Of a stretch of DNA of 64,000 nucleotides, positions 13,186-27,905 are shown one piece after another; positions within the stretch are counted from its first letter, which is position 1, and each line of letters opens with the position of its first letter. The notes under the pieces are model-generated. The model was not told the origin of the DNA. It saw only the letters and a program-made list of their open reading frames with translations, and did no database searches. This DNA is from Marsupella aquatica (taxonomy: Eukaryota; Plantae; Marchantiophyta). The DNA lies in contig OZ316896.1 of assembly GCA_973895155.1 (NCBI GenBank), forward strand, positions 18,154,754 to 18,218,753, read 5' to 3'. A program made the position numbers and the translations under genes.

Positions 13186-15709
13186 TAGCCCCGTTAGGAG
13201 TCCCGGTAATTGCCTCTCAAAATGTGATAATATATGGTGTACTACGTCACTCTATCCCACCAAGATAGAGGCAAATATATACTTTGTACCAGGCCCGTGA
13301 CCGAAGGGGTCGGTCACAAAGGCTGAACTATTGTGTCGGTCACAAAGGCTGAACTATTACAGGGCTACTAGGTGTGTTAAACCACAACTCAGGGTGTAAG
13401 ATGGCCACCAACCCTGCCCTTGCTAGACTAATTTTCCTGGTCCCCGTGGTTTGCAGGGCTGTCTGAGGCCTTGCAAGGCCCATTGCCTTTGCCCTAGCTG
13501 CAGGTCACAGCCTCCCTCAATTCCCACACCCTCCCTCCCAATCAAAGTAGCTTGGCAGTTGCTGCTCGCCTCCTCAAACCTTGTGGGTATCTCTTGGTGG
13601 TTGTGTTATTTTGCGGATGAAACCATGTTTCAAACATGATTGATTACATATTCCAATTATTCTTGAAAAACCAAGAGTTATCTAGAATTGATTGAGTTCA
13701 AGAGAGTGTTGCATCATGGAAAAGAATCCCTTTGTCTTCAACAACTTGTTTGCGGTTCACTTGACTCTGGGGCCAAATTGATTGATTAGGGAGTGACGCC
13801 GAGTGAACTCACATCTGATAAAACTTGAAGCTTTCACCCCACTTTATTGTATTTTGTGACCTTAATATTTGTTTCACAACCATGCAAACAATTAGCAGAT
13901 AAGGATGTATGCATGGATTACATTCTTGAAGGTACTATGTACCCAAACTGCTGTAGCTTGTCTATGCAAAAATATATGGTCTTAAAAGTCATAAGATTTT
14001 GGCAACTCTACTATAAGAAAATGAAGATGAACACAATTAATGCCCCAAATATGTTATTAATATTATTTTATTTTATTGTACAATTAATATCCGGAAGCTA
14101 GAAGCTCCATTTTGAGCGACAGCCCTATCAGGTCCCACTTGGTAATTTTGACCAGCATAATATAACTCTGGGCACAAATCAAATGATGTAGACATGGACT
14201 TTTGGGTCTTCTCTCATGAACTTTTTGGATGGCTTTGCATCCCATTGTTGAGTTCATTTGTGCAAAAACAGATAAACGTCAAAAGAAGTAGAATTTGTTG
14301 TGGATGAGTCTTGCCAAGAAAAACAATACAAAGTACTTTGCAGAGACAATAACTTGCGGAGAAAAACTTTTGAAGACATTTTTAGGCGCCCATCACAAAA
14401 ACTGAACCCAATTACCTAATTAGGTCCTGATTAATATCACACCTAACCTAAGTAAAAGTACACCCAACCCATTCTCCTATAATAACTCAAACAAAAATCT
14501 AGATTTGTGCTTATAAATGCATGAGAAGTTTAGACAAAGAAAATAAGAATATATTTTTCTGTTTTTGATTTTCATTTCATATTTGTTACTTTATTAAGAA
14601 CTCCCTCAAATAGTGTTAAGCCCCTCTTGCAAGAAAAAGGATAAAAGCAAAGACAATTTTGAACAAAGATTGATAAAAATAAAAACTCTCCCTTTTTGTC
14701 TAACTTTTATATTCCTCCCCTTAAAATACACTTAAACCTCCATCCCACCCACCCTAAAAGATTGAAAATAACTGATTCAAAGAATATAATATCTCAACAA
14801 TTCAAAAAACATTTCCTTTACCCTTTTTTTATCCCTCCCCTTAAGGTAACCTTCTCCATCCCCACCAAAGAATAAAAATGTCTCTTTTTTGTCTTTTTAT
14901 TCCTCCCCTCCTTTAAGATATATACCCTTAATCCTCTATAGTCCACCCTCAAACAAAGAAAATAATCTAAAAGCAATCATTTATGAGTTCCATGTCCATC
15001 ATTTCTCTTAAAAAAGACCATCCATGTGTTCCATGTCCATCCTTTGTCCTAAACAGCCAGATGAAGAAGAAATAGAAACACAAAATGTCCCCTCCTTTTT
15101 CTTCCTCCCCTCTTACTTAGCCCCTTGGAACCAGCAGGTACTCTTCAGGTGAAGAATACATTTTTTTTATTTGTTAACAATTATTCCTCCCCTCCTTTTT
15201 TTGATCCCTCCTCTCTTATTAGCCCAAAGAGTCGCCCCTCTTATTCAGCCCCTTGGAAAGAGTGTCCCAGGTCACCCATTTCATTTAAAGGAAAAAGAAA
15301 TTAAAAAAGAAAAAACAAACAAATTAAAAATTACAGAGAATAAAGTAAATTATCCACTTCCCTTTTATATCTATCCCTTTCATTTACCTTAAGTGTTTCC
15401 AAAGATTAAAAGAAAATATAAATTCTCAGTATGATTCTTTCGAAAGAAAAACTCACCCTTGTTCAAAGATGCTGTACATAAGTAGGTAACGCTTTCCCAA
15501 TGAAGAAACAAAAAGGATTCAATAGCAATAAATATTCTCTAGAAAGAAACAAAACATTAAATGTTCTCTCTCGTCTCCTTTTGTCTCATGTTGTAATATA
15601 TGTACACATGTACAATATTATGGGGAAAATATTTTATTCTGTGCTCAATGATAAAGTCATCATGCCAAGAAATGAGACCTAGTTACAAAAGACAAAGTAT
15701 AGCAAACCA

Positions 15710-16160
15710 ATGTATTGGAACCAAAGTATTGGGAACAAAATATTGGAACCAAACCAAAATATTGGGAACAAAGTATTGGAACCAAACCAAAGTATTTTGG
15801 GGCCATTTTTGGGCCCCTATCACATCTACTGAACTAAAGTTCAGCCAATAAATCAGTGATTCTAAATGTGTCAAAATGTGATATGTCACTTCATCCCACC
15901 AAGATAGAGGCAAATATTTTGTCTAAATCAGTGAGTGTTATTCTAAACATAAGTCAAAAACTGATAATCTGTCGTATACTATGTCACTTTATCCCACCAA
16001 GATAGAGGCTAATATATTGTCTAAATCAGTGAGTGTTATTCTAAGTATGTGTCAAAAACTGATGATATATAGTATACTATGTCGCTCCATCCCACCAAGA
16101 TAGAGGCAAATATTTTGTATACATCAGTGACTGTTAATCTAAATATATGTCTAATTGTTG
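15710..16160. repeat. Short TATTGGAACCAAA repeats followed by about three ~98-bp tandem units (CATCCCACCAAGATAGAGGC), with another copy near 13245
   Basis: ATCCCACCAAGATAGAGGC seen near 13255, 15893, 15991 and 16089. Confidence 0.75.
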
Positions 16161-18165
16161 ATTTTTTATGTCCAATTACCTGGACACCCCCCTTAGATGG
16201 TCCTTTCCTCCACAAAAGTTATTGGATAATAATGTTGTGCATTAGGACTCAAACCAATTCATTATGGGGATTTTCATGTGACCAAAATGTGCCTGTAATA
16301 TGTGACTGTTAGCAACTAGGACAGTCGCTACTCCAGAGTTTGCACACAATAAAACTAGATGCAATATGTGTTGGTGCCTTTCAAGAATTGTTGGTGCTCA
16401 TTCCAACATAGTTGGCACCCAGTTGACCAGCGGGAGCGTTTTTAAACGGGTCTCAAATCAAACAACCCTCTGAATTAAGTTGGCACAAAGTTGGGTTTTG
16501 GTCAGCATCCTGGACATACACTTCTCACAGCAGCTGGCTGGGAAAAATGCAGAAACAGCAGGTTTGAGACCCCCTAATAGAGTTTTCTGTAAATTGGTAG
16601 GAGGCCCGTGGGTAGTCAGTCATTTGTACTCCAGTTTAGGGTGAGTTCAGGTTCCAACCCAAGATCACTGAGCTCACAATTTGCCTGAGATAACCGCTCC
16701 AACAGTACCTTCACCCTGGACCAGGCTCCCCCATCCTACTTGTTCAATGGAATGCAGGTGTTGATTATTGTCGTAGCAAAACCAATAATGTATTGGTTCC
16801 ACTCATTTCCCCCACTTTTTATGGTTGAAGTGGGTTAGGTTGGACAAATTACAAACCTCCATGTATCCACAAATTAATTGCATGTCAACTTTGGTTAAGC
16901 CCTAAGTAAATTAGTTTTAGGGACAGGTTTTTTTTTCTTTACCAGTTTGGGGAACACTAATGCCACAAACAGAAAGGGAACTGCTTTTAGTAAAACGTGA
17001 TGTAACAATAATGATGCCAAGATACCCAAACCTCATAATTACTCATCACACAACCGCCAACTGGAAGAGAGCATTGCTAGAAAGCAGCAACAAAATGCCA
17101 AAGCCAATACCCATTGAGAGTCAAGGACCATTGCAGGAACCCTATGAAGCAACAGGGTATTGCCATTGGGAATTCGAATCTAAGTGACTGAAAACCCAAA
17201 ACCTGGAAGCCAATAACCATTGATGCAGCTCTCAACCATGGACAGACTGACGACGTCAGGGTCCCTTAAGGGAGCTTTTTAGGAGGACAAAAGTTGACCT
17301 GCACTTCCAAGATTTTAATTACAACCAATTCATATCCAGTGTCTGGTCCATTTTGGCTTTACATGAAATTGGGAGATCACTTGCTACAAGAAATCTCTCC
17401 CATCCTTCATGGACAGGAGTGAGCCATTCAAAATTCTTGTCTGGACAGGTCATTTGACAAAAACATGTTCTTCTAAAAGGACTCACTCCTGTCCTTTCAA
17501 AAAATGTCTTTCACACTTGTGTTTTTATCATTGGTGACCTCTTAATTTTTGTCTGATGTTTATTGCAACCCGTATTGTAAAGGGCCCATAGTGTAATAGA
17601 TTGCACAGTCATGGGGTCCATCAATTAACACTTTTCATTTTGAAGGGTCCATCAAGCATACACCTAAGTTTTCTTTTGGTCCTCTTTGGGTTTTTGTATG
17701 GTATTTTGTTCACCCATTTCAATAAGTTTGTTCTCTTCTCCTTCTCGTGGTGAGAAACAGGAGGGACAAGAGAGTGGACCTTCCCTTTTTTTCTATCTTA
17801 ATACTTTACCAACTTGTGCCTTAAATTGAAATACAGCGAGGAAAATCTTTTCGACTGAAGCAATGTAAATAACAAAGTTTGGGCAACATAAAACTATGCA
17901 TCTCTGCAAGATGGTCTATTGGTCTGCTCAACTCTCGAGAGCAAAGACAGTTTTCGCATCTTGATTTTCTCTTTGTAATTTTGAGTGCATTCATGGAGGA
18001 GCATGCACAGTCGAAGGAGAGTAGTGGGAAGAGATTGTCGAGAGAACTCCACTGAGAAGAAGAGTAGAGCTGCCCTTCCTCCCTGCCCTGCCAGAGTTGG
18101 GCTTCCTTTGAAACGTCTCACGGAATTCCTTCCATTGTTCCTCGAAGCGTTGAAGGTCATCAGCA

Positions 18166-21100
18166 ATGGAGCTTGAGGAGCGAGAAATGCTGTGTTCCCC
18201 CGGAACGAAGGGGCCATCTTCCTCTTGGGAGTTTGAGTCGCTGCATCGGAGCTCTTTTCTCAACCGGCCTCTCCTGATTTTTTTGCGGCAGCACCAGCAG
18301 CGGCGTTGCGTCCTCCTGATTCTCTTGTTTTCCGTGATTGTCCCCTGCCGTTCAGGTAATTGTTTAAATTTCAGGCAGAGAAGATGAGGCGAAACTGGTC
18401 CTCGTCCATTTTAGAGGTGTAATGTTGGATTCGCTCTTCATGAGTCTTTCTGTGGCTGCCCTGTCCTGTCTTGCCTGTCGTGCGCCAACCCCTTTTAGCT
18501 CAATTGTGAATTTCAGGTTATGATGAAAAGACTGAGCTTTAATGGCACTGGCTTCCTTTCGCACTCTCTCTTTTCTAGAAATTATTCCGTGGATATAGAC
18601 GTAGTTTTGCTCTTCTTACCTTCTGACTTACTTTCACGTCAGCCACGTCATAAATTTATACAATTAGCAAGCTAGCTCATAAAATTCGCAAGGAAATTCA
18701 GGTGTATGACGTGAATCCTGAAGTATGGCGGATTCTCCATCACCCTAATGCCGAACCCCGTGGATTGTTTTATTAGCTCACTAGAATTGACCTTTACCAC
18801 CATTTTATCTTTTGCTCACACAATTTCTCTTGAATCTTCTGTAATTTCGTTTTTATTCTCTTAACTTTCTCACGTTTAGACCTCTTCTATCTATATAATA
18901 TGTTCTCCAAAGAAGCAGTAGCTTGAGTATTGAATTTCATGCTCCACAGACATGTAGTTCTGTTCTAAGAATCTTTCTGGTCAGTGTGATCCCAGAATGG
19001 TACAAATCGGTGACATGATCTTAAACTTCAACTTAATGATGGACGTTTTTCTTCTTCTTGCAGTGCTCGGCAGCTCTCTACATTCTGTGCCTGATATAGA
19101 AAATGCAATGTATCAAAATATTGATGGGGCGCCATGTGTACGGCTTCTCCACCTTACCGGGGAAATAGGTTGTGCAAGTAAGACGTCGCACACCCTCTGA
19201 ATCGTCGTCATTTTGTGTTCCTGGGCATTACAAGAATTTACTGATCAAGTATGATTGTGCAGATCCAACCAGAGGGAAAGTCCAAGCTCCAGTGCAAAGA
19301 TTCATAAATTCAACAATTAACCTGAGCAAGAAAACGACGGTTGTGCTGCCCCCGTCGGCACTCCATGAGTTTTTGGACAGGTACGAGGAACTTTTGAGGA
19401 TGAGTTTTGTTTGACAAAGATTTCTCCTTCAAAGCATGGATGAGGTCAACTTGTATAGCATGACATTTCTCAGGTTAGCGTGGCACTGCCTAAAACCCCC
19501 TCCTCCCTTCCGGTTTTTCAGGACTGTCAGTGATCCTTGGCTGGCAGAGCAAGCGACAGCAGTGCTCGTTGAGTTCACAAACGAAACTTCAGGGCTGAAC
19601 TCAGGTATGAATGGCAGGACTTATTGAGGCGGTTTCTTGCTGGTGGTTGCTTTCATGTGTTATATGTGCACTTCTGCCCCTGGTTTCCATAACCCAAGGA
19701 TTCACCTCATCAGACTCATTTGCTAGGGTTCAAGGCATGTGAACTCTAGCTAGGGAGAGGAACTGGACTCACTCATCGAGTCGTTTATTACAAGAGCTTC
19801 CTTCTGGATTGCAAAGTTGATTTGTGTCCTACATTTGAATGCTAGCCTGCGTTCCTGCTTTTGCTTGTCTTCGCAGGTCTGTCTCCAGATACAACTTTCC
19901 CACAACCAGAATTCGCACCATATGAGGCAAATTACTCGTGGAATCCAGTAGTGAGTCCCGCTTCTTGTCCTTGAAAATAAATGTTACAGATTACTCGTAT
20001 AATCTACGTAATAAAAATTGTAGACTCCTTTCTTTTGATTAATGTCGTGCTCGAACGATTGAGATGTGAAGCTTTAATCAATAGGATTGTGGAGCTTTAA
20101 CCAATAAGATTCCTTACACCTTGCCCAACATAAAGCAACCGAATGGGTCTCGTAGCAGGCATATCTGTGTATGAAAGGAACTTCAGTATTACTTCAAGTT
20201 GAAGTTATGGCACAAATGCAAAGATGTTTCTACGTGTAGTTATAGACGAGATTGTTTAGCACCTTTGACCCTCATTTGTGCCATTTTAAGTTGACTCGGT
20301 AGGGCAGCAGGTTACTGTTTGTTGGATACTTACCCTCATGTGATTTACTTGTGCACAGGGCTCTGGAATTTTGAACAGGAGATTCAACTTCCCAGTTTTC
20401 CTCCTTTCTGAGGAGAGCACAGCAAGGGTGTTAGAGGTAGGTTCATTGTAGATTCTGTACTCGATGTCTATTACTTAATGCAAAAAAGGTTCGTGGGCAT
20501 CGTTTGGTGCTTTGTTTGTTTTCTGGAAAACTGATATATTTGCCTTATCAATTTGCCAGTCTGCCAATCTGAACTTATTGAAAGCTTTGATATCCTGCTC
20601 ATAGTTATTGGGAGAAAAGATTGACCAGTGGGTTCCACAGGTTGCTGCCAAAAATGAGAACCACAATCTCAAACATCCGCTCTACGTTGCTGAATTTGAT
20701 TTTGTAATGCAGGCAAGTTGTGTCACTCACAGACGGCAGAAAAGCATTTTGCCTAAACAAATACCCCCAGTTCTCCCAGCACTGAAAGCATATATAAACT
20801 CACAACGTAGTATCGTTGTGCCCAATTTGTAGAGGTAGTTTCAAGCTTTATTCCGATCTCTTAATTCATCAGACCGGTGTCTTGACTTGTTCAATTGCTA
20901 GCAAGGACTAAGAAGTCATCTGGATGTTTGTCGAATGCAGACTACAAAATCGGGAACTGACGGGTCAGAATCGTGTCTGAAGGAATGGTCATGCCTGCCT
21001 TTGGGTGGCTACAGGTATGCAGACATCTGCACCATGCTGGCTGCGTTGATGAGATTGTTTCTCGCTCGTTGCGTTCAATGACCTCATGGTGACTGATAAG

Positions 21101-23789
21101 ATGCCTGATTGTACATTGTGAAGCTTGCGTTCTGAACGGCTTCTCAGAGACTAATATCTGTACTTCAAACTCTGCGTTTGGCATGCAGTGTGTGGTCTTC
21201 ACTTTCACCTATAAACATGTCTGTGCCCTCAGAACGCCCCATCCTCCTTGTTGTAGCGTCAATGGACTCTGCATCCTTTTTCCGTGATGTGTCTACGGGA
21301 GCAGACTCTTCACTTTCCGTGAGTTTGGACATAGATCTTAGTTTTGACTGAAAGGGACGGGTCGTAAATGCTTTATCGTTATAAGGGTAGGACATGCCAC
21401 CACTAGTTTGTTCTCTTGCCCATTGAAGCCCATGGTGAGATTTTCTACCCGTACCCAATATTATTCACATGCTGTTATCTCTACTGTAGGGGATGATTGC
21501 CCTTTTAGCTGCGGTGGATGCTCTTTCTAACGTGGCTGATATCGGTCAATTTCAAAAGGAGGTCAGTTTGTCTTTACCTTCGATCTTTTCAGCTTCCATG
21601 ACTAGATTTCTGCGATTTGTTTCTTGCCATTTTTGTATCTTTGAAAGTCAGTGCGTATTTATATACAATTTGGTCTTTGGCAGGTGGTTTTCCTTGTGGT
21701 TACTGGTGAAGCTTGGGGATATCTGGGAAGTCGAAGATTCCTTGCAGAGCTAGCAGCAGGAGGTGCATCAGTGGCTGGCCTTAGTGATGCCCGTATTCAT
21801 CAGGTACGGAGTTTTACTTCATCCTTAGGAAGTCAGAATGTATTTCATTGGCTGCATTGACATGCTCCTGGCAAGTGAGGCAAACATGGAAGGGATTGGC
21901 CAAACTGTATGCTTATTGTGTCGTCGAATTTTGCCTTCAAGTCAGATTGTGTTTGTGCAATAGTGCAATTGAACCCCTTCAAACTCATTTTCTTGTAAAA
22001 CATTAGTATCTCATGTAGTTTGAGAATTTGAACCTTCCCCTCCCCTTTAAGATGGGTATCTAATGTGAACTTACTTTCTTGGGTAAACAGATATTGGAAG
22101 TTGGGTCCGTTGGTCAGGCTATGAATTCGGATGATATGACTTTGTTTGCCCACAAGCAGGGTTCACAGGTAACCTCCGCGTTGATATGTCATGTTGGGCT
22201 ACTGGTTCATGTAGACGTACTAATGTCTAGCTATAATTACAGTTATTCAGTGACTAGGAATGTAATTCACCTTTGCATAGTTAGCAGGAACCTGATCTGG
22301 AGACCTTCTGAAATACGTATTCTTCTACTGTTTCACCGTAAGGGTTAAGGACGCTATCTATGAATTGGCAGGTGTCAGCTTCAACTCAAGAGATTTTAGA
22401 GGCCCTCAAAACTTCAGCATCTTCGTTGGCCGGAGGCAAGGATGTTCACAAAGTGGAAGTGAAGCTGGCCAATGAACAGAACCCGGGCATCCCTCCTTCA
22501 TCCCTCATGTCTTTTGTACATAAGGTGCGCATTTTTACTCAAAGGGTCTCCTCCTTTCTTCTTGAATTGCGCTATTTCGGTGTCCCCTGAAAATTCCAAG
22601 ATGTGACACAAACCCTTTGTCATGATCCAATCCTTGCGTTCTTATTCCAAGAGGATTCTGTGCAGGAGAAAGCAATTGCTGGTGTTGTTCTGGAGGATTT
22701 TGATGAAGTTATTAAGAATCGCTTTTATCACAGCCATTTGGATGGTGCTGGTATGATCTGCCTCTGCTGTGATTTCCTTGATTTCCAAGTTCAAATTGTC
22801 CAAATCTGATCATCGCGTTACAATTCGGCAGCATCGGTTCCAATACATGAAAATCATTAATTGTACTACACTGCTGTCTGTTTTGTGGCCAGATAATATA
22901 AATACCACTTCAGTGATGTCGACAGCTGCATTAATCGCACGTTCGATCTATCTTCTGGGAAACAGTGCTGCAAATCTTACTTCCTTGGAGTCAATTGTAG
23001 TCAATGCTTCCCTTGTTAACGACTTGGTGCAGTGTCTACTCTCACACAGTGGAGCAGGCATGGCCTGTGATCTGGTCACAGGCTTGATCACACCAACTCA
23101 GCAATATGCGAATCACTATGTTGGAGTCATGATAGGAGATCCATCTGAAACTCCTTATGTTGGAAATATAGATGATACAGCCCGATTTGCTTGGAATTTC
23201 TTAGCTTCACGGACAGGTGTACTCAGGCGTCAGGTAATCGACGAGAATGGTGAAGCAAAGGCATCAACCATTGAAGAGTGTACAGACACATGCAAGAGTG
23301 AGGATGAAGTTTGTGTTGCTTCAACCAGACAACAGAAAGGACATTGCGTGCTATCGACAACAAGGTGGGTTTCTCTTATAACTGGATTGTGTTTGATGAA
23401 ATACATGCGCTGGACATTCTATATTGCTTATATGCCCGAACCTTGAATTTGAGTTTTGGTATAGAAGACTCATCCTGGACATGAGAGGTGGGACTTCTGA
23501 AGAGTGGAACCTTGTTGATGGCAGATATGTTCCTGCATATTCAACCCGACTGCGCTATGAGACAGAAGGGTGGAGGCTCATCCCGGTGACTCCAGGAGAC
23601 ATCATGAGTGAGGTGGATCCTGTATGGACTGAGAGTTACTGGAAGTCTCTCACAGTGCGACTGTTTTTAGTAGAAAGCTCAAGACATGATGAGATTATGT
23701 TGACTTGGGGTCTAGTTATGACCGTTGCATCATTTCTTGCCATTGCGACCAGTAAGGGAGTGTTTTGTAAGCGTCTGAAGCGGGATTGA
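18166..23789 (+). CDS. NCT: Nicastrin (gamma-secretase subunit), multi-exon
   Basis: Exons encode SVPDIENAMY...PCVRLLHLTGEIGC, CLPLGGYSVWSSL, ILLVVASMDSASFFRD, FLVVTGEAWGYLGSRRFL, NPGIPPSSLMSF, FYHSHLD, YVPAYSTRL, DPVWTESYW and a C-terminal transmembrane helix, all recognisable plant nicastrin blocks. Confidence 0.92.
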
Positions 23790-25263
23790 GTGGCCTCTTA
23801 ATTCTGAAGCTGTGTTCACATCAAAGTATTGTGAAAAATGTCAATAGACTTGAGAAGTAATTAGGTAGATAACAGTAAAATCCAATGTTCTGGACGAACT
23901 TGCTTTCCTTTTTCTACTTCAATCCTTCACTGGTTGTTCAGGATAGCAAAAACGAAACGTCTAGACGCAGAACTTTAGACAACGGTTTACATTAATAGAG
24001 AAAGGCGGTCCTGTAGAGAAAGATAGCGAAAGACCAAAGCCTATACAGTTCAATTTTTTAGCTCAGTGTACAAGAGTTCATGGCACAGGTGTCAGTGGAC
24101 TCTGAAACTTCACTCGACCACATCTGAAGGTTTCTTCTCCACCTGGAGGTGTACGTGTACTACAGATCCTAAAGTTACAGAACGCATTGATGGTTTGTTT
24201 GGTCCATCAAAAGGTTGTCTCTTGTATGGTACTTGGAGGTTAAGGATTTGATTTCTCCAAAGTATGCTATTTTGGGGCACTGGGCCCTCGTTTTTCAAGC
24301 CAAGTCGATATTGAAGCTACCGGTAAAATGTGAAGTGTCTTGGGATACAATTAAGATGGCGACCCTGGAATTTTGAGGGTCTGCCCTTAGGGTGGCGTCC
24401 AACAGAAGGTTCCCTTCTTTCCTGAAAGAATCAGCAGTGCTTAGAAAGGATAGATTGTTGGGTAAAATTCAGAAGCACATTGTCTGCCTCAACTCTTTCA
24501 GACAACATTGCACAGAAGAGGTTATCCTCCTCCCTGAAATGCAGCGTTTTTTTTTATCATTATTGTCATTTGAGTATTCATTTCCCAAAGTTCTCTCGTA
24601 CTCGGAAACACCAAATGAACCGTCACCTTTACAAATGAGCGCAAATGTAGAGGGTGAAACTCAGAAATTTGAAATGAGTTAGGTCCAAACATCAGGAACC
24701 GTGCCCAAAACTCAGGAATTGTAAAAGTTAGTCCTGAGAGCTGTTGACTCACCAAAACTCAGCTTGGGGGCTCCTTCGAATATGCTTTTGGCTGGAAGCA
24801 TGTGGCAGTGAGGGCGTCTTTTTCATGCAGAGTGGCAGTGAGGCATCAGCATTGACTCCACCATAGCCAAGCTCCCCCTTTCCTTGTGAGAGATGTCCTG
24901 ATGTCCTGATCTCACTGCTCCTTGTGTGTGAAGGCTGGCCGTGTATGTAAATTTTCTCAAGAACTTATTTATGAAATACACATCAAAGCTGCGCCTGGGC
25001 CCATTGCTCACTGTGCATGAAGTCTCCATCGCTCACTCTGGACAATGTCTCCATTGCAGCTCTTGAAGTTCAATATAAGAACTGTGGGTGAAGATACTTT
25101 GGAAGAGCTTGTGCAAATTTTACCCCTATTCAAACAGGCAAATGTTGATTTTGAGTTGGAAGCTTAACTCATCCTGTACCCAACTCAAAATGACTGACCA
25201 CTCACCTGCCTTGTACCACTTTACTGAAATCGCAATTGTAGGCTTTATAAGGTATCCTGTCAA

Positions 25264-25410
25264 GAACCAGTCAATTTGATATTTTATAATAAAGTTATGG
25301 ATCGAATTGGCATAAAACAACTCATAAGCAGATTCATATCTCGTTTTGGAATTGCATATACAACACATGTTTTGGATCAATTAAAAACATTGGGTTTTCA
25401 ACATGCTACT
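25264..25410 (+). pseudogene. rpoC2: Nuclear plastid DNA insert (NUPT): 5' fragment of plastid rpoC2
   Basis: AT-rich ~147 bp translating to [49 protein letters not shown], matching the N-terminus of the plastid RNA polymerase beta'' subunit. Similarity stops abruptly. Confidence 0.85.
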
Positions 25411-25759
25411 TCAGGATACCCTTCCCCTCCCTCCCCTCTTCCTCCCAAACAAGGCACACATAGTAGGGGGTCTCAAATTTCAAAATAGTGGACCTTAACT
25501 ACTAAGTTAAGGTTATAGACAGAAAAAAGTTATGGACTACCCATTTCATGATCCATAACTTTAAACCATAAAGTTTTGTTTTCACTAGATTAGTCAAATA
25601 AAATTAAAAATTACATAACCCTGTGAAACTGGCCAAAAGTCGTCACCTCTAACTATGAAGCTTTGAGACTCCCTAATAGAAGTACTTGTTAAGGTGAATC
25701 TACTTGTTAAGGTGATGTCGTGGTGAATAACTGGTGCAACTTTCAAAAAGTTTTTAGAA

Positions 25760-25990
25760 GAGTTTTTGGGTCCCACTTTGCCTGCAAAAACTTTCGAATT
25801 TGAATTTTTGGGTGCTGTTGCCCGGGCTGAAAAGTTGCACCACTCATCCGTGGGTAGGGCTTTACAGATAGGGTTTTCTTTGGCTGCAAAAACTTTTGAA
25901 TTTGAATTTTTGGGTGCTGTTTTCTGATTGTCAGGGCTGAAAAGTTGCACCATTCATGTGTGGGTAGGAGACTTTATCGATAGGGTTTCT
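25760..25990. repeat. About 100-bp imperfect tandem duplication
   Basis: CTGCAAAAACTTT.GAATTTGAATTTTTGGGTGCTGTT...GGGCTGAAAAGTTGCACCA occurs twice. Confidence 0.75.
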
Positions 25991-27030
25991 TCAAGAGATT
26001 GATGACGCTTCATACCACTTGGAACATGATCCACTACAGTACCTCATAAGTGCAACAGTTACTCTATGTAAAACTGACATGTATATATCCATAACTGTAA
26101 GTCTAAGGATTGCGCACTTACCCTTAAGTGCTCATAAATCCTTATAGAGTACTGTACTTTAGTGCAGCTCCCGTTACTTTCCAATATTTGCAAAAAACTG
26201 TGCGGAATGGTCCTGAAAAGAGGAATAATGGGACTCCTTGCAATTATCCAGGTTTTGCACTTATAGTGTGCACTAGCGAGACCTGACTGTATCTTTTCCA
26301 TTCGTTTTTGGCCATATCGTTGCTGTACTCTCTCATATTGACGAAGGCTTTGGCAGGTTTTGCAGTTTTATCGTTTCTCGTTAAAATACAGAACGTACGT
26401 TCTAGATCTTCATCGGGAACCGTGCTCGAATCATTGGCTGACGGTGAGCCTCAACATGCCCCGACACCTGTTCGTTACACCAGTAGATAATCGCCACTAA
26501 ATTTGCCAGAGTAAACTATAGTAAATCAGAACCCTGGAACTCGGCCTCCAAAGCTGGACGCGTTTTCTTAGCCACCTGGCCCAACTTTCGGATATTTAAT
26601 TTAAAAGAGGAATAAAATGGAAGACATTGTAACAACACTTGTTAAAATTAGGAGTCTTAAACATGTTCTTACATACTCTAACTACTAGGTTAAGGTTACA
26701 GAGGCAGGAAGAGTTATAATCATTCACCAAACTCATAGTTCATAACTTTTTGTCGTAAGGGATGATCATGAGCCATGATTGATGATAAGTCACTCTGAGG
26801 CCATAACCAAAACCATCACCCATAACAATGAAGCTTTGAGTTGCCCTAACAGAAAGCAGTGTCAAAGAGAAACGGGAAGAGAAACAACACACTAACCTGG
26901 GAGACAGGATCCCGAAAGGCAAGAAACCCACTTAACTGGAGAAAACAAGTGTCTGAATAACCATGGGAAGACTAATGAGCCCAAAGCCCCTCTTTGAATA
27001 GAACGTCCCAGAATCTTCATGAGGCGAATA

Positions 27031-27905
27031 CAATGAACTCTGGATAACTGCACCCTCTGGGGAAGACAGATATGGCGTACACTAAATGAGGTGTTGCATG
27101 ACTTGATAAACGCACATCCCGCAAAAACTGCCGTAATAGATAAGTGTGCTTAATTTTGGGTCCTTTGTTAAATGTGTAATTATCCACGGTTTCCAGGTAT
27201 GTGAGACCAAGTTGTGTGGGCAATGGCAGATTGAGCACTACCAAGTGAATGAACGGTGATATGGACTCCAAAATTCACCATGCACATTGTAAATACTACA
27301 ATATACCCAGATCACACCAAGATTTCATGAAAACAAACTTTATTTCAAAATGACAACATTTTGTATCCAACGCGTACTAAAAACAAAAGTGGACTACAGT
27401 TCCTACATTGAGCCTACACAACTTCTTCAGTACCAATGGCAGTATGGACTGAGTAGTCCCCTTCAACTAAGGAGCTTCCTGCCTGGTCTATTTTGCCCTC
27501 CACTTCCTCAGCGTTGTATTTCCCTTCAATATAGGTCCATCTGCCATCTAGACTAAAAGTCCCTTTCAATTTCTTCCACCTATGAAGCTTGCCAAAGCAT
27601 TCGCCATCCAGATCAAGCCGAATAACTCCTTAAGTGCATTATGTACTCTACTAATGATGGGCATGCATTTATCGGTAAATGACATTTCTGGAGTTTATGC
27701 ATTTACATATATAGCACATTCAATCACTTATCCAGGGTAAGCGCTTATAAAGTTGTTGCTTAGCAAAATAATTTTAGCCCTACGTGTGCTTAGAAAAAAT
27801 GCTTAAAAACCGCTTATCCCGTGTAAAAAAAAGGGGAAGAACAAGATGGCATGCGCTAATCAAGGGTAAGCATTTATGGAGTGTGCGCTTATCCAGAGTT
27901 CACTG
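27031..27905. mobile_element. Non-autonomous Tc1/mariner (pogo/Tigger-like) element, 875 bp
   Basis: Left end CAATGAACTCTGGATAA.. and right end (reverse complement) CAGTGAACTCTGGATAA.., each flanked by TA (27029-30, 27906-07). Subterminal GCGCTTAT repeats. Confidence 0.75.
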
